A stretch of 18,175 nucleotides of DNA from Promethearchaeota archaeon (GCA_048938445.1 JBHLME010000087.1:1-18175), one strand, 5' to 3'; counted from the first letter of the stretch, positions 1-8,230 are shown. Notes: a model not told the origin generated them from the letters alone. Translations and numbers: made by a program.

Positions 1-109
1 ATAGGTTTTTTCTGTGATATAAAGTCAACTACTTATTATTAATTTTGTTTAATTAATATATTAGAAATTATAATACAATTTTTTTCTTTTCTGTAATTAT
101 TTGGTTATT

Positions 110-919
110 TTATTTTATCACAAGTGTACATTCAAATTTTTCATCTATTAAGGATTTATAGATAAAATCTTTTTTTAATCCATTAATTAATTGAACTGGA
201 ATGTTTAAATTACAGATTTGTTTTATAAAATCAAGTTTTCCTTTAATTCCTCCAGTAACATCAATTTTTTGACCAAGATCTGCAATTTCTAATCTGTCCA
301 ATTCATCAGATATGCATTCTTCAACCAATATGCAATTATCTACATTATTTACATCTTTTATAAATAATCCGTCAGTCTCCATCGTAAATATGACCTTTGA
401 AATTTTAAATTTCTTAATTTTCTTACATAATTCAAAAATAATTTGGTCTCCTGAAATAATTGAGAATGAACCCTCCTTATCAAGAATGATGTCACCGTAT
501 AATATCGGTAAGATATTTAAGTCCAAAGCAGTCTCAATGATATCAATTGAATTCATTAAAATTTGATTTGATTCTTTAAAAAACATGCTTGAAGTCTGTA
601 AAGATAAAGTGGGGTATTTTTTTTCTAAAAATAAATTAGTCAAATAAGAATTAAATTTATTCATTGCTTGGTGGGTCTCAGCAAGCCCAAGTATTTGTTC
701 GGGAATTGAGCTGTCAATTCCCTTAGTGATTTTATATTTTTTAGCAATTGGATGTCCAAATGAACCACCCCCATGAATGATTATTAACTTTACATTCGCA
801 TCAATAATTTGTTGAATGGCACCTTTTACGACATCTTCCCTAATAGAATTTGGTGTATTTTTATCAGTGAGTAAACTTCCACCTAATTTCAATAAAATTA
901 TTTCATTTTTTTCGTTCAC
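110..919 (-). CDS. ipk: Isopentenyl phosphate kinase (amino acid kinase family)
   Basis: 269 aa, GTG start. Motifs LKLGGSLLTDK, HGGGSFGH (IPK-specific His), GDIILD, SGDQI and DVTGG. Lies directly downstream of mevalonate kinase. Confidence 0.93.
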   Translation of the reverse strand: MNEKNEIILLKLGGSLLTDKNTPNSIREDVVKGAIQQIIDANVKLIIIHGGGSFGHPIAKKYKITKGIDSSIPEQILGLAETHQAMNKFNSYLTNLFLEKKYPTLSLQTSSMFFKESNQILMNSIDIIETALDLNILPILYGDIILDKEGSFSIISGDQIIFELCKKIKKFKISKVIFTMETDGLFIKDVNNVDNCILVEECISDELDRLEIADLGQKIDVTGGIKGKLDFIKQICNLNIPVQLINGLKKDFIYKSLIDEKFECTLVIK

Positions 920-932
920 TTTTGATGCGCAC

Positions 933-1868
933 TCATCCTATCATTGTTCTCCAAGCATCATAACCCTCTTTTTCGATTGCCTTTGCAATTGCTTCTTGAA
1001 TTTCTTCGTTTTCTGCTAATGCAATTACTAATCCACCTCGACCAGTTCCGGTCATTTTTGCACCAATTGCACCATTTTTGAGAGCAACCTCGACCAGTTT
1101 ATCATTTAATTCTCCAGAAACCGTTAACTCTTGTAAGAGTTTATGGTTTTGATTCATTAATTCGCCAATTTTTTTTTTATCTCCTGAAAGCAGAGCATTT
1201 TTTGCTTCGCTTGCGATGTTTTCATATTCCTTGAAGATTTTATCAAACTTATGGGGATTCTCTTCCTTTAACTTTCGAACATCTCCGACGACTTCTGTAG
1301 TTGATGCTGTCAATCCCGTATTTCCAATCACCAATGGTATTTTGTTTGGTGATTTTAAAAGATCCATAGTGTTTTTTCCACCACTCAAGTTTTTAACAAA
1401 CCAGATCAATCCTCCATATGTTGATGCAGTATTATCGATACCAGAGGGTGTGCCATGATAAGCTCGCTCTCCTTCATAAGCTGCCTCATTTATCTTTTCA
1501 TCATCTAAATTTAGATTGAAAGTATCGTTTAGTGCACGAGCTAAAGAAGTACATTGAGCTGCTGAAGCTCCAACACCACTCGCAGCAAATAATTCCCCAC
1601 CAAAATTTATTTCTAGCTTTTGGTTTTCCATATCTATGTTTAAATGTTTAAGCACGTTTTTAATCGACTGCATTGCCTCATCATATTTCTTTTTTTTATA
1701 ACCAGGCGTTGCAGGTCTCTGGTCATCAACATCCCAACCTTTACCTTCGCTAACCGTAACATTAGCTATAGTATAATTACTTAATGCAGAAGCAATTGCA
1801 GGTAATCCATACACAACAAAATGTTCACCAAAGAGAATTGTTTTTCCATATCCCTTGCCAGTTCCCAT
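933..1868 (-). CDS. mvk: Mevalonate kinase (GHMP family)
   Basis: 311 aa. Motifs GKTILFGEHFVVYG, SGVGASAA ATP loop, HGTPSGIDN and AKMTGTGRGG. GAGGTGA Shine-Dalgarno-like site upstream; ATG abuts the upstream TAA (TAAATG). Confidence 0.95.
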   Translation of the reverse strand: MGTGKGYGKTILFGEHFVVYGLPAIASALSNYTIANVTVSEGKGWDVDDQRPATPGYKKKKYDEAMQSIKNVLKHLNIDMENQKLEINFGGELFAASGVGASAAQCTSLARALNDTFNLNLDDEKINEAAYEGERAYHGTPSGIDNTASTYGGLIWFVKNLSGGKNTMDLLKSPNKIPLVIGNTGLTASTTEVVGDVRKLKEENPHKFDKIFKEYENIASEAKNALLSGDKKKIGELMNQNHKLLQELTVSGELNDKLVEVALKNGAIGAKMTGTGRGGLVIALAENEEIQEAIAKAIEKEGYDAWRTMIG

Positions 1869-2258
1869 TTATTTCACCTCTACGGTTCCTTTAGAACCAT
1901 CAACTGAAATTTTTTGTCCCGTTCGAATTTTACTAATATCAATTTTATCCACGCATGGTATTTCACTTATGATGCATCCAACCGCCACGATCGTGTCTAT
2001 TTGCTCATTTACTATGGCAATTGGTGCCGTATTACTTTTCATCATCCTATACATTGTATATGAACCTACAGTAGAGCCTTTTCCAGTCGGGAAGACTAAG
2101 ACTTTTCCGGTTATTGATTGCCCTTCAAGCTCGTGTCCAACTTCCACGACTTTTCCGGTATCAGGGTCAACGCCTCCATAAAAAGAAATTCCATCCTTGG
2201 TAACAACTGCTTCACCCTCAGCAGTTCCTTTATATATTTTTCTTCCTTCTAACTTCAT
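1869..2258 (-). CDS. Phosphomevalonate dehydratase small subunit (AcnX swivel domain, DUF126)
   Basis: Motifs GISFYGGVDPDTG, GHELEGQSITGKVLVFP and GKGSTVGS (catalytic Ser region). I moved the start from 2279 to the ATG at 2258 (MKLEGRK), which overlaps the large-subunit stop (ATGA) and follows GGAGGAGG. Confidence 0.92.
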   Translation of the reverse strand: MKLEGRKIYKGTAEGEAVVTKDGISFYGGVDPDTGKVVEVGHELEGQSITGKVLVFPTGKGSTVGSYTMYRMMKSNTAPIAIVNEQIDTIVAVGCIISEIPCVDKIDISKIRTGQKISVDGSKGTVEVK

Positions 2259-3454
2259 TTTATCGCCTCCTCCACGCAATCTTCAACAGAACCTATTTTT
2301 ACTTTAAACTTGTTTTTTGCTCGACCGTAATAACATGCTTTAGCTGAGTCCACCATAATCCCCTTGAACCGTCCTTTAATAGGTGCAACGACACAGCATG
2401 TATCTGCCGCAAATTTAGCACCCGCATCCTCAATAATCTTTGAATACCCCGCCTCATCTGCAATTTTCTTGGTTGGACGAGCAGTCGTGATCCAAAATTC
2501 TTTCTTTACCTTCTTTCCTTCCAATAATTTTGCAATAGTAGCAATTTCATGAATTGAAGCATGAGGGCATCCAATACTCACGAAATCAATTTTATTATTT
2601 TCATCAATTAATTCTGAACGTGTTTTTTCCAAGTCGTTTTGGTTGATTTCAAAAACAATATCTTTAGGTTTGAGATATTTATCACTTTCGGGAGTAATAC
2701 CTTCCATATGAAATAGCGCGGTTCCGCCATACGTGGCAACCGAAGCGCAGAATGATTTGAGCTCTTCTACTGTTGCGGTGGAAATTCCTGTGATATAAGG
2801 AATTTTCTTTCCTAATTTTACCAATTTATCGCCAATTATTTTTCCTAATACCCCAAATTCATCAGTACCTTTTACGGAAGCATTAACGTTAACTAATACC
2901 TCGCCATAACGATTTTCATCTAAATGATATCCATAACGAGGCGTCTTTCCCGTCAGGGCCGATGCAAGTGCGCTTGGACCCCCTTCTCGGTTTGTTCTGG
3001 CACCTATTACTGAATTGGCATAACATACAGCGCTACTTTCTGCCCATGCAAGATGTTGCCCGTAATGTGGACTGTTTCCGATTAAATAGGGAGTACAAGA
3101 ACAGGTCGTAATTATTCCCATTTTAGCGAACGCATCTATGGCTCTATTTTGATTCTTTGCAAAATCTTCATCAATTCCTAACACCTGCCAATTTTCTCGA
3201 TCCATCCCTGCAGGATTTAAGGTCGTGAGAACTTTTATTTTTCCATCTTCTGCCATCTCATCTAGAAATTCTAATCCCGCTTCCCCCAAATTGTCATAAG
3301 AAACTCCAGCTATTTGAACCCCGACAACATCTACCATGCCTTCTGCATCAAAAATTTCTCCTAATGTGTTTAAAATTTCCATCGATTTTTTAACAGCATT
3401 TCCATCCTTACCATCTAGCATGGCTTGTTCATCATTAGTCAAATTCATTTTCAT
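2255..3454 (-). CDS. Phosphomevalonate dehydratase large subunit (AcnX catalytic domain, DUF521; Fe-S protein)
   Basis: 399 aa. Motifs TTLNPAGMD, SCTPY, AWAESSA, NSVIGARTNREGGP, IGCPH and DTC provide three candidate Fe-S Cys ligands. Paired with DUF126 in mevalonate pathway context. The true start may be the ATG at 3448 (better spacing from GAGGT). Confidence 0.92.
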   Translation of the reverse strand: MKMNLTNDEQAMLDGKDGNAVKKSMEILNTLGEIFDAEGMVDVVGVQIAGVSYDNLGEAGLEFLDEMAEDGKIKVLTTLNPAGMDRENWQVLGIDEDFAKNQNRAIDAFAKMGIITTCSCTPYLIGNSPHYGQHLAWAESSAVCYANSVIGARTNREGGPSALASALTGKTPRYGYHLDENRYGEVLVNVNASVKGTDEFGVLGKIIGDKLVKLGKKIPYITGISTATVEELKSFCASVATYGGTALFHMEGITPESDKYLKPKDIVFEINQNDLEKTRSELIDENNKIDFVSIGCPHASIHEIATIAKLLEGKKVKKEFWITTARPTKKIADEAGYSKIIEDAGAKFAADTCCVVAPIKGRFKGIMVDSAKACYYGRAKNKFKVKIGSVEDCVEEAIK

Positions 3455-3463
3455 TACCTCATC

Positions 3464-4777
3464 CTATTTAAAATATTTGTTTATATCCACTTTTGGAAAT
3501 TCCGCTAAACTGAAATCTTTACCCTTCGCGACGAGTGGTTTCGTCAAATCAAAACCAATTTTCGTAGTCATTTTTGTTCCGGGTTCAGCGCTTGGATCTA
3601 AGCTACTTCCTGGCTCCTTATCTTTCATATATAAGCGCGTGTCACCTTGAAATCGGGTAGCCATTGCCCATTCTACAGATAAGGGATCATAAATATTAAT
3701 ATCTTTATCTACAATGAACACGTGCTTGCAGCTTCCATGGCCTGCAAATGCACCATCAATAGCTTTTTTACCATCTTCTTCTGTTTTTTTATCAATTTGA
3801 ACGATGGCATGCAACCAAGAACACCCTCCGGGATTTATATTTACATCCAAGCATTTAACTCCCGCTTCATTCACTTTATTAAAAATCGTGGGTTCCCTGG
3901 GCATTCCCATTAAAATTTTATGTTCAAGAGCCCCGGGTAATAAAGCTTGCCAAATTGCATTTTTTCTATGCGTGATTTTTTTTACTTCAAAGACAGGTTC
4001 TTCTCGGATAACATCATAGGTCTCGGTCAAATCTACAAATGGTCCTTCTGGATGTGTCTCTTTTAAATACACCCGTCCTTCTAAGACAAATTCTGCCTCG
4101 GCAGGAATCGTGAGATCTACAAAGTTAGCTTTTGTAACCTTAATCGGCTCTAAAGTATTTGCTATTGTTAATTCATCAAATCCAATGTCTACAGATGTGG
4201 CACCAGCAATTAAAATGTTTGGAGTATTACCAATACAAAATGCAACTTCTAATTCATCATTTTTCTCTAAAAATTTATGAAAATGCCTACCTCTAACTAT
4301 TCGCGTGGTAAATTTATCTTTCGAAAATTGCATTGCCCGATGAAAATCCAGGTTTTGACCATAATCAGGATCCCTCGTGACAACGACAGCCGAACTGATA
4401 TAATTGCCACCATCTCTCTCACAGTGAAATAGTATTGGAATTTTATCTAAATCGACAGCTGTTTCAATAATTTCCTGGCATGGAGCATTTGACACGACTT
4501 CTGGATCTGATGGTGTATTAATTGCTTTTGAAAGCATTGGAATTAAGTCTTCAGGTTTAACCTCGAAATATGAAGATATCGCATCTTTAGTACAGAATAA
4601 ATTTCCAATTACCCGATATTCTGACTCTTGTATTTTATTGAATAATACAGGTATTGGTTCCATTTCCTTTAAAATTCCAGAAATTTCTAAATTTTTAGAA
4701 ACTTCTGCATCTACCGTGCGTAATATTCCTTCTTTTTCAATCTTTTCAATGTATTCTCTTAGTCCCATAATATTCAT
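3464..4777 (-). CDS. ubiD: UbiD-family prFMN-dependent decarboxylase, probable trans-anhydromevalonate 5-phosphate decarboxylase
   Basis: 437 aa. Motifs FHR, IPAEAEFVLEG, EGPFVDLT, GGCSWLH, VDKDINIYD, WAMATRFQ and GSSLDPS. The specific function is inferred from its position between HMG-CoA reductase and the dehydratase genes. Confidence 0.9.
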   Translation of the reverse strand: MNIMGLREYIEKIEKEGILRTVDAEVSKNLEISGILKEMEPIPVLFNKIQESEYRVIGNLFCTKDAISSYFEVKPEDLIPMLSKAINTPSDPEVVSNAPCQEIIETAVDLDKIPILFHCERDGGNYISSAVVVTRDPDYGQNLDFHRAMQFSKDKFTTRIVRGRHFHKFLEKNDELEVAFCIGNTPNILIAGATSVDIGFDELTIANTLEPIKVTKANFVDLTIPAEAEFVLEGRVYLKETHPEGPFVDLTETYDVIREEPVFEVKKITHRKNAIWQALLPGALEHKILMGMPREPTIFNKVNEAGVKCLDVNINPGGCSWLHAIVQIDKKTEEDGKKAIDGAFAGHGSCKHVFIVDKDINIYDPLSVEWAMATRFQGDTRLYMKDKEPGSSLDPSAEPGTKMTTKIGFDLTKPLVAKGKDFSLAEFPKVDINKYFK

Positions 4778-4856
4778 CTTAAATAGTTCTTTAATTATAT
4801 TAACTTAATCAAAAAAGGTATTTCTTAAGGGAGTTACAGAAACACATCTTATAAAA

Positions 4857-6134
4857 CTAAAGGTTTTGTTTCTTCTTTATATCTTCTAAAATTAGTTTAG
4901 CATAATCAATTCTTATTTTTTTATCTTCTATCATTCTTTTAGATACTTCTTCAATTAGTTGATCAGGAACTCCAGCAATTTTTGCGATGTTCCGTGAGTG
5001 TAATGACATGTGACCTTTTTGTATGCCTTCCGTAGCTAATGCTCGCAATGCAGCAGTATTTTGAGCCAATCCCAATGCTGCTGCAACTTGAGAAAGCTCT
5101 CCAGCACTTTTTATATTTAATATTTTTAATGCCAAGCGAGCCATAGGATGGATTTTTGTCATTCCTCCAATAATACCTAAAGCAAGAGGAATTTCAATTT
5201 CTCCAACAAGATTACCTTCTGAATCTATATCAAACTTTGTCAAGGGTTTGTAAGTTCCACTCATTGAAGCATAAGCATGAGCACCGGCTTCAATGGCTCT
5301 CGTATCATTGCCTGTTGCTAAAGTTAACGCGATTATTCCATTCATTATGCCCTTATTATGAGTCGTAGCTCTATAAGGATCAGCTAAAGCAAATTCGTAA
5401 GCTTTTAAGATGCCCTCAACAGCCTCTTCCCCTCCCAATAAATCCTTATCAAAAGTAGCTTTACATCGTGCTATTCTGTGGGTTGCCAAATTAGAAACAA
5501 TCCTCAGATAGATCTTACCCCCACAAATTTCCTCTATATAGGGGCTTATTGCCTCTGCCATTGTATTTACTACATTAGCACCCATTGCATCCAAAACATT
5601 GACTAAAAGATGAAAAATTAACATTTTTCCCTTTCGGGTATCAATTTCTCGTAATTCAAAATCAATGGCGCCTCCACCTAATTCATTCAGGAATGGATCT
5701 TGTTCATTTGCTTTTTTAATGAGTTTCTCTTTATTATCCATTAATTTCTGTTTTGCATCATTGATATCTTTTAACTGAGTTATTTGAATTTGAGAGATCA
5801 TTATCGGTTTTACTTCCTTAGACTTGAATCCTCCGTGTTTTCTTGCTATTCTAGCAAGATTTGAAGCTGCGGCTACCACTGAAGGTTCTTCAATCACCAT
5901 CGGGATGAGATAATCTTTATCATTTATTTTAAAATTGCACGCTATACCCAAGGGAAGCTGATAACTCCCTACAACATTCTCTATTAATGTATCCATTTGG
6001 TTTGGTTCGAAATATCCAAAATTATTTAATAATTCAATTTCATCAGAAGATAAAGATGTAAGTTCAGATAATAACTTTTGACGTTCCTTTATAGAGAGTT
6101 TATAAAAACCAGAAATTTCAGAGTTTATTTTCAT
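4857..6134 (-). CDS. mvaA: HMG-CoA reductase, class II (bacterial/'degradative' type)
   Basis: 425 aa. Motifs SGFYKLS, IENVVG, EEPSVVAAAS, DAMGAN, SNLA, THNKGIMNG, GNDTRA and GIQKGHMSLH are class II signatures. Confidence 0.95.
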   Translation of the reverse strand: MKINSEISGFYKLSIKERQKLLSELTSLSSDEIELLNNFGYFEPNQMDTLIENVVGSYQLPLGIACNFKINDKDYLIPMVIEEPSVVAAASNLARIARKHGGFKSKEVKPIMISQIQITQLKDINDAKQKLMDNKEKLIKKANEQDPFLNELGGGAIDFELREIDTRKGKMLIFHLLVNVLDAMGANVVNTMAEAISPYIEEICGGKIYLRIVSNLATHRIARCKATFDKDLLGGEEAVEGILKAYEFALADPYRATTHNKGIMNGIIALTLATGNDTRAIEAGAHAYASMSGTYKPLTKFDIDSEGNLVGEIEIPLALGIIGGMTKIHPMARLALKILNIKSAGELSQVAAALGLAQNTAALRALATEGIQKGHMSLHSRNIAKIAGVPDQLIEEVSKRMIEDKKIRIDYAKLILEDIKKKQNL

Positions 6135-6254
6135 TTCAATTTTTATTTCTTTTTTGATTAAATTTATGTTCTGTTTTATTTAGACTTTAGGAATATTTTT
6201 TAAAAAAAATCATTTGACAGAACAGGATAAATTTCTCCAAATATTAATTCGACA

Positions 6255-6298
6255 TAATTTGAAATGACATAAAATGATAATCATTTTTTTTCAAATTA
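6255..6298. promoter_or_regulatory. Nested inverted repeat upstream of HMG-CoA reductase (candidate operator or hairpin)
   Basis: Perfect 8-1-8 palindrome AAAATGAT-A-ATCATTTT at 6271-6287, flanked by a 10-bp inverted pair TAATTTGAAA (6255-6264) and TTTCAAATTA (6289-6298). Confidence 0.45.
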
Positions 6299-6329
6299 AA
6301 TAGAAATTTAGTGAAATATTTGAACATTC

Positions 6330-7964
6330 TTAAAAGACTTGATCTACAGGGATATATATCGGAACCCAGTTTAATAAACCGACTGCTGTATAAGACGCAT
6401 TTTTTTCATCTTTAGGGGCAACTCGTCTCATTTCGTACTCTAAAATATTACCTTTTTGAGTATTTTGTGCGACTCTTACTAATCCGTCTTTAAGTAAACT
6501 TGTATCATACGTGTTTGTATGAATAAGATCATCAGATTCCAATACAGCATAAAGTGGGAAGAATCGAGTATGAAACCCATTATGACCCTTAGGACAATAA
6601 TCTAATCCTTTGAAATTTGGAATGATACACCCCTCATCGCAAAAATGAAGAAGAAATCCTCGTTGATCATTTTCTTCATAGGCAACTATTTTTCCTAACA
6701 CGATATCGGGCTGAATAACTCCTTTTTTCCATTGTTCATAATCAGCTACACTGGCACGTGTTTTATTCAGGATGAAATCATTCACTTTGGGACCATTCGA
6801 GACGATTGGTTTAAAAGTTGGTTGCATTTTTAATAAACCTGAAATGCAAGTTGCTCCCGAGCCGTAAGAACCAAAATAAATCGTGTCATTATCATTAGCA
6901 TGGTTTTCAAGAATGTAACAGATTTGAGCCCATACTGAAGCATTGTACATATTTCCGAAGCTCATAGGAACTCTCAATTGTGGCAACACGCTTCCTTTAA
7001 CGCTTGAAATTACCCAATTTGATAATTTTTCCAAATTATCAGAAGAAAATCCTTTTTCTTTTAATTTAAGATATAAATATTCAGGAAGCACACTAATATT
7101 TTGCATTACTGAATCGAGCTTCTTAAATATAGATGATGCAAAATCTGATCTCGTGTATTTTAGCAAGTTATTAATGTTTTTTGCCCACCGTTTTTCAATG
7201 ATTTGTTGAACGCATTTTATCGGCATTTTTGAAAAGGGAGCGTGAAAAGCATAATAATCAGCATAAAAATCTCCGATTTGATTGATTAAGTCATCATATG
7301 CTTGTAATTGGAAGTTAAGATACGTATCAACCGAATAATGTCCAAAGACTTGAGCATCTTTTTCATGCGCAGGTCTGAAAAAATCATTAATATTTCCCGA
7401 AATTTTGCCAAATTTCTTGCTAAATGTGGCAATTCGAGGATTCTTACAAAGCACCATTGCAATTGCTCCAGAACCCTGAGTTGGCTCACTTGGACTGTCT
7501 ATTTCATAAGATGATATGTCCGCACTTATTACAAGTGCTTTAGAAATGACATCCTTTTCTATAAGGGCAATAGCATTGAGAATGGCCAGAGTCCCGCCCG
7601 CACATGCGTTATAAATATCTTGAGTAATCGAGTTTGGAGAGATATTCAAGAATTCTGCGAAAATATTGGAGACTGATTTGACACTATATGTTACAGTCTC
7701 TGTTCCTACAAAGAGAGCGTCAATCTCTTTCGGATTAATATTCCCTCGAAGTAGCGCGTTATATCCTGCCTTAAGTCCAATCGAAATAATATCTTCATCT
7801 GCTTCAGGAAGCCTCATTTCCTTTAAGAGTAATCCCTCTTTATATTTCGCAGGATCAACGCCTCTCTTGATCGCAAGTTCCTCTACATCGATATAATGGC
7901 GTGGGGCATAGAACGCGATCGAATCTATACCTATATTCGAAAATAAATATTCATTCCCAATCAT
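6330..7964 (-). CDS. mvaS: HMG-CoA synthase (bacterial/eukaryotic-like) with internal insert and C-terminal DUF35-like extension
   Basis: 544 aa. Catalytic motifs VGTE (Glu), NACAGGT (Cys), EPTQGSGA, DFFRP, FHAPF (His), GNMY and SYGSG. Extra ~110 aa at the C-terminus with CDEGC and CPKGH. Confidence 0.9.
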   Translation of the reverse strand: MIGNEYLFSNIGIDSIAFYAPRHYIDVEELAIKRGVDPAKYKEGLLLKEMRLPEADEDIISIGLKAGYNALLRGNINPKEIDALFVGTETVTYSVKSVSNIFAEFLNISPNSITQDIYNACAGGTLAILNAIALIEKDVISKALVISADISSYEIDSPSEPTQGSGAIAMVLCKNPRIATFSKKFGKISGNINDFFRPAHEKDAQVFGHYSVDTYLNFQLQAYDDLINQIGDFYADYYAFHAPFSKMPIKCVQQIIEKRWAKNINNLLKYTRSDFASSIFKKLDSVMQNISVLPEYLYLKLKEKGFSSDNLEKLSNWVISSVKGSVLPQLRVPMSFGNMYNASVWAQICYILENHANDNDTIYFGSYGSGATCISGLLKMQPTFKPIVSNGPKVNDFILNKTRASVADYEQWKKGVIQPDIVLGKIVAYEENDQRGFLLHFCDEGCIIPNFKGLDYCPKGHNGFHTRFFPLYAVLESDDLIHTNTYDTSLLKDGLVRVAQNTQKGNILEYEMRRVAPKDEKNASYTAVGLLNWVPIYIPVDQVF

Positions 7965-8230
7965 CGTTTCATTTTTGAGCTTAGACTATTTTTAGTGTGA
8001 AGAAAACGTAATTTCTTTTTTACTTATTAGTAATTTAATATATTTAAGTACTCTTTTGCTTAAAAGATTATTTATACAAAGATTTTTAAGATTTTTGTTT
8101 AGTAAATTTTTTATTTAAACACATGTTTAACTAAATGAAATTATTACTTCTATAGGTATATCGACTAAAACATAACTTTATTAAAAAATAATGATTTTTT
8201 TAATAAGGTTTTAAAAAATTCCCCTTAAGA
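7965..8230. promoter_or_regulatory. Divergent promoter region between HMG-CoA synthase and uppS
   Basis: 266-bp very AT-rich spacer between divergent genes. Candidate TATA boxes: CTTAAATA on minus (8048-8041, preceded by purine-rich AAAAGAG) and TTTATTAA on plus (8177-8184). Exact boxes are uncertain. Confidence 0.5.

Noticed and set aside
1-109. Plus-strand T-tracts as the terminator of a convergent gene left of the window
   Set aside because: The upstream gene is not visible and T-runs are abundant in this AT-rich DNA.
2259-2279. N-terminal MRGGGDK extension of the small dehydratase subunit in the ORF track
   Set aside because: It is the Shine-Dalgarno-like GGAGGAGG read in frame; the ATG at 2258 with an ATGA overlap is the better start.
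3464-4777. UbiD as a quinone biosynthesis or aromatic acid decarboxylase; AcnX as cis-3-hydroxyproline dehydratase
   Set aside because: The position among HMGR, MVK and IPK, and the two-subunit AcnX form, point to the archaeal mevalonate pathway.
4823-4831. CCCTTAAGA occurring upstream of both ubiD (minus) and uppS (8222-8230, plus)
   Set aside because: A single 9-mer match at different distances from the starts is not distinguishable from chance.
312-7896. Short plus-strand ORFs antisense to the mevalonate genes (312-566, 816-1019, 1216-1458, 1855-2181, 2364-2552, 3336-3650, 3722-3913, 3804-4019, 6943-7209, 7308-7514, 7666-7896) and the alternate-frame 7286-7489
   Set aside because: They overlap well-supported genes and have no motifs; they are typical shadow ORFs.
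8183-8201. A-run/T-run quasi-palindrome upstream of uppS resembling the 6271-6287 element
   Set aside because: Low complexity, and it lacks the full ATGATAATCAT core.
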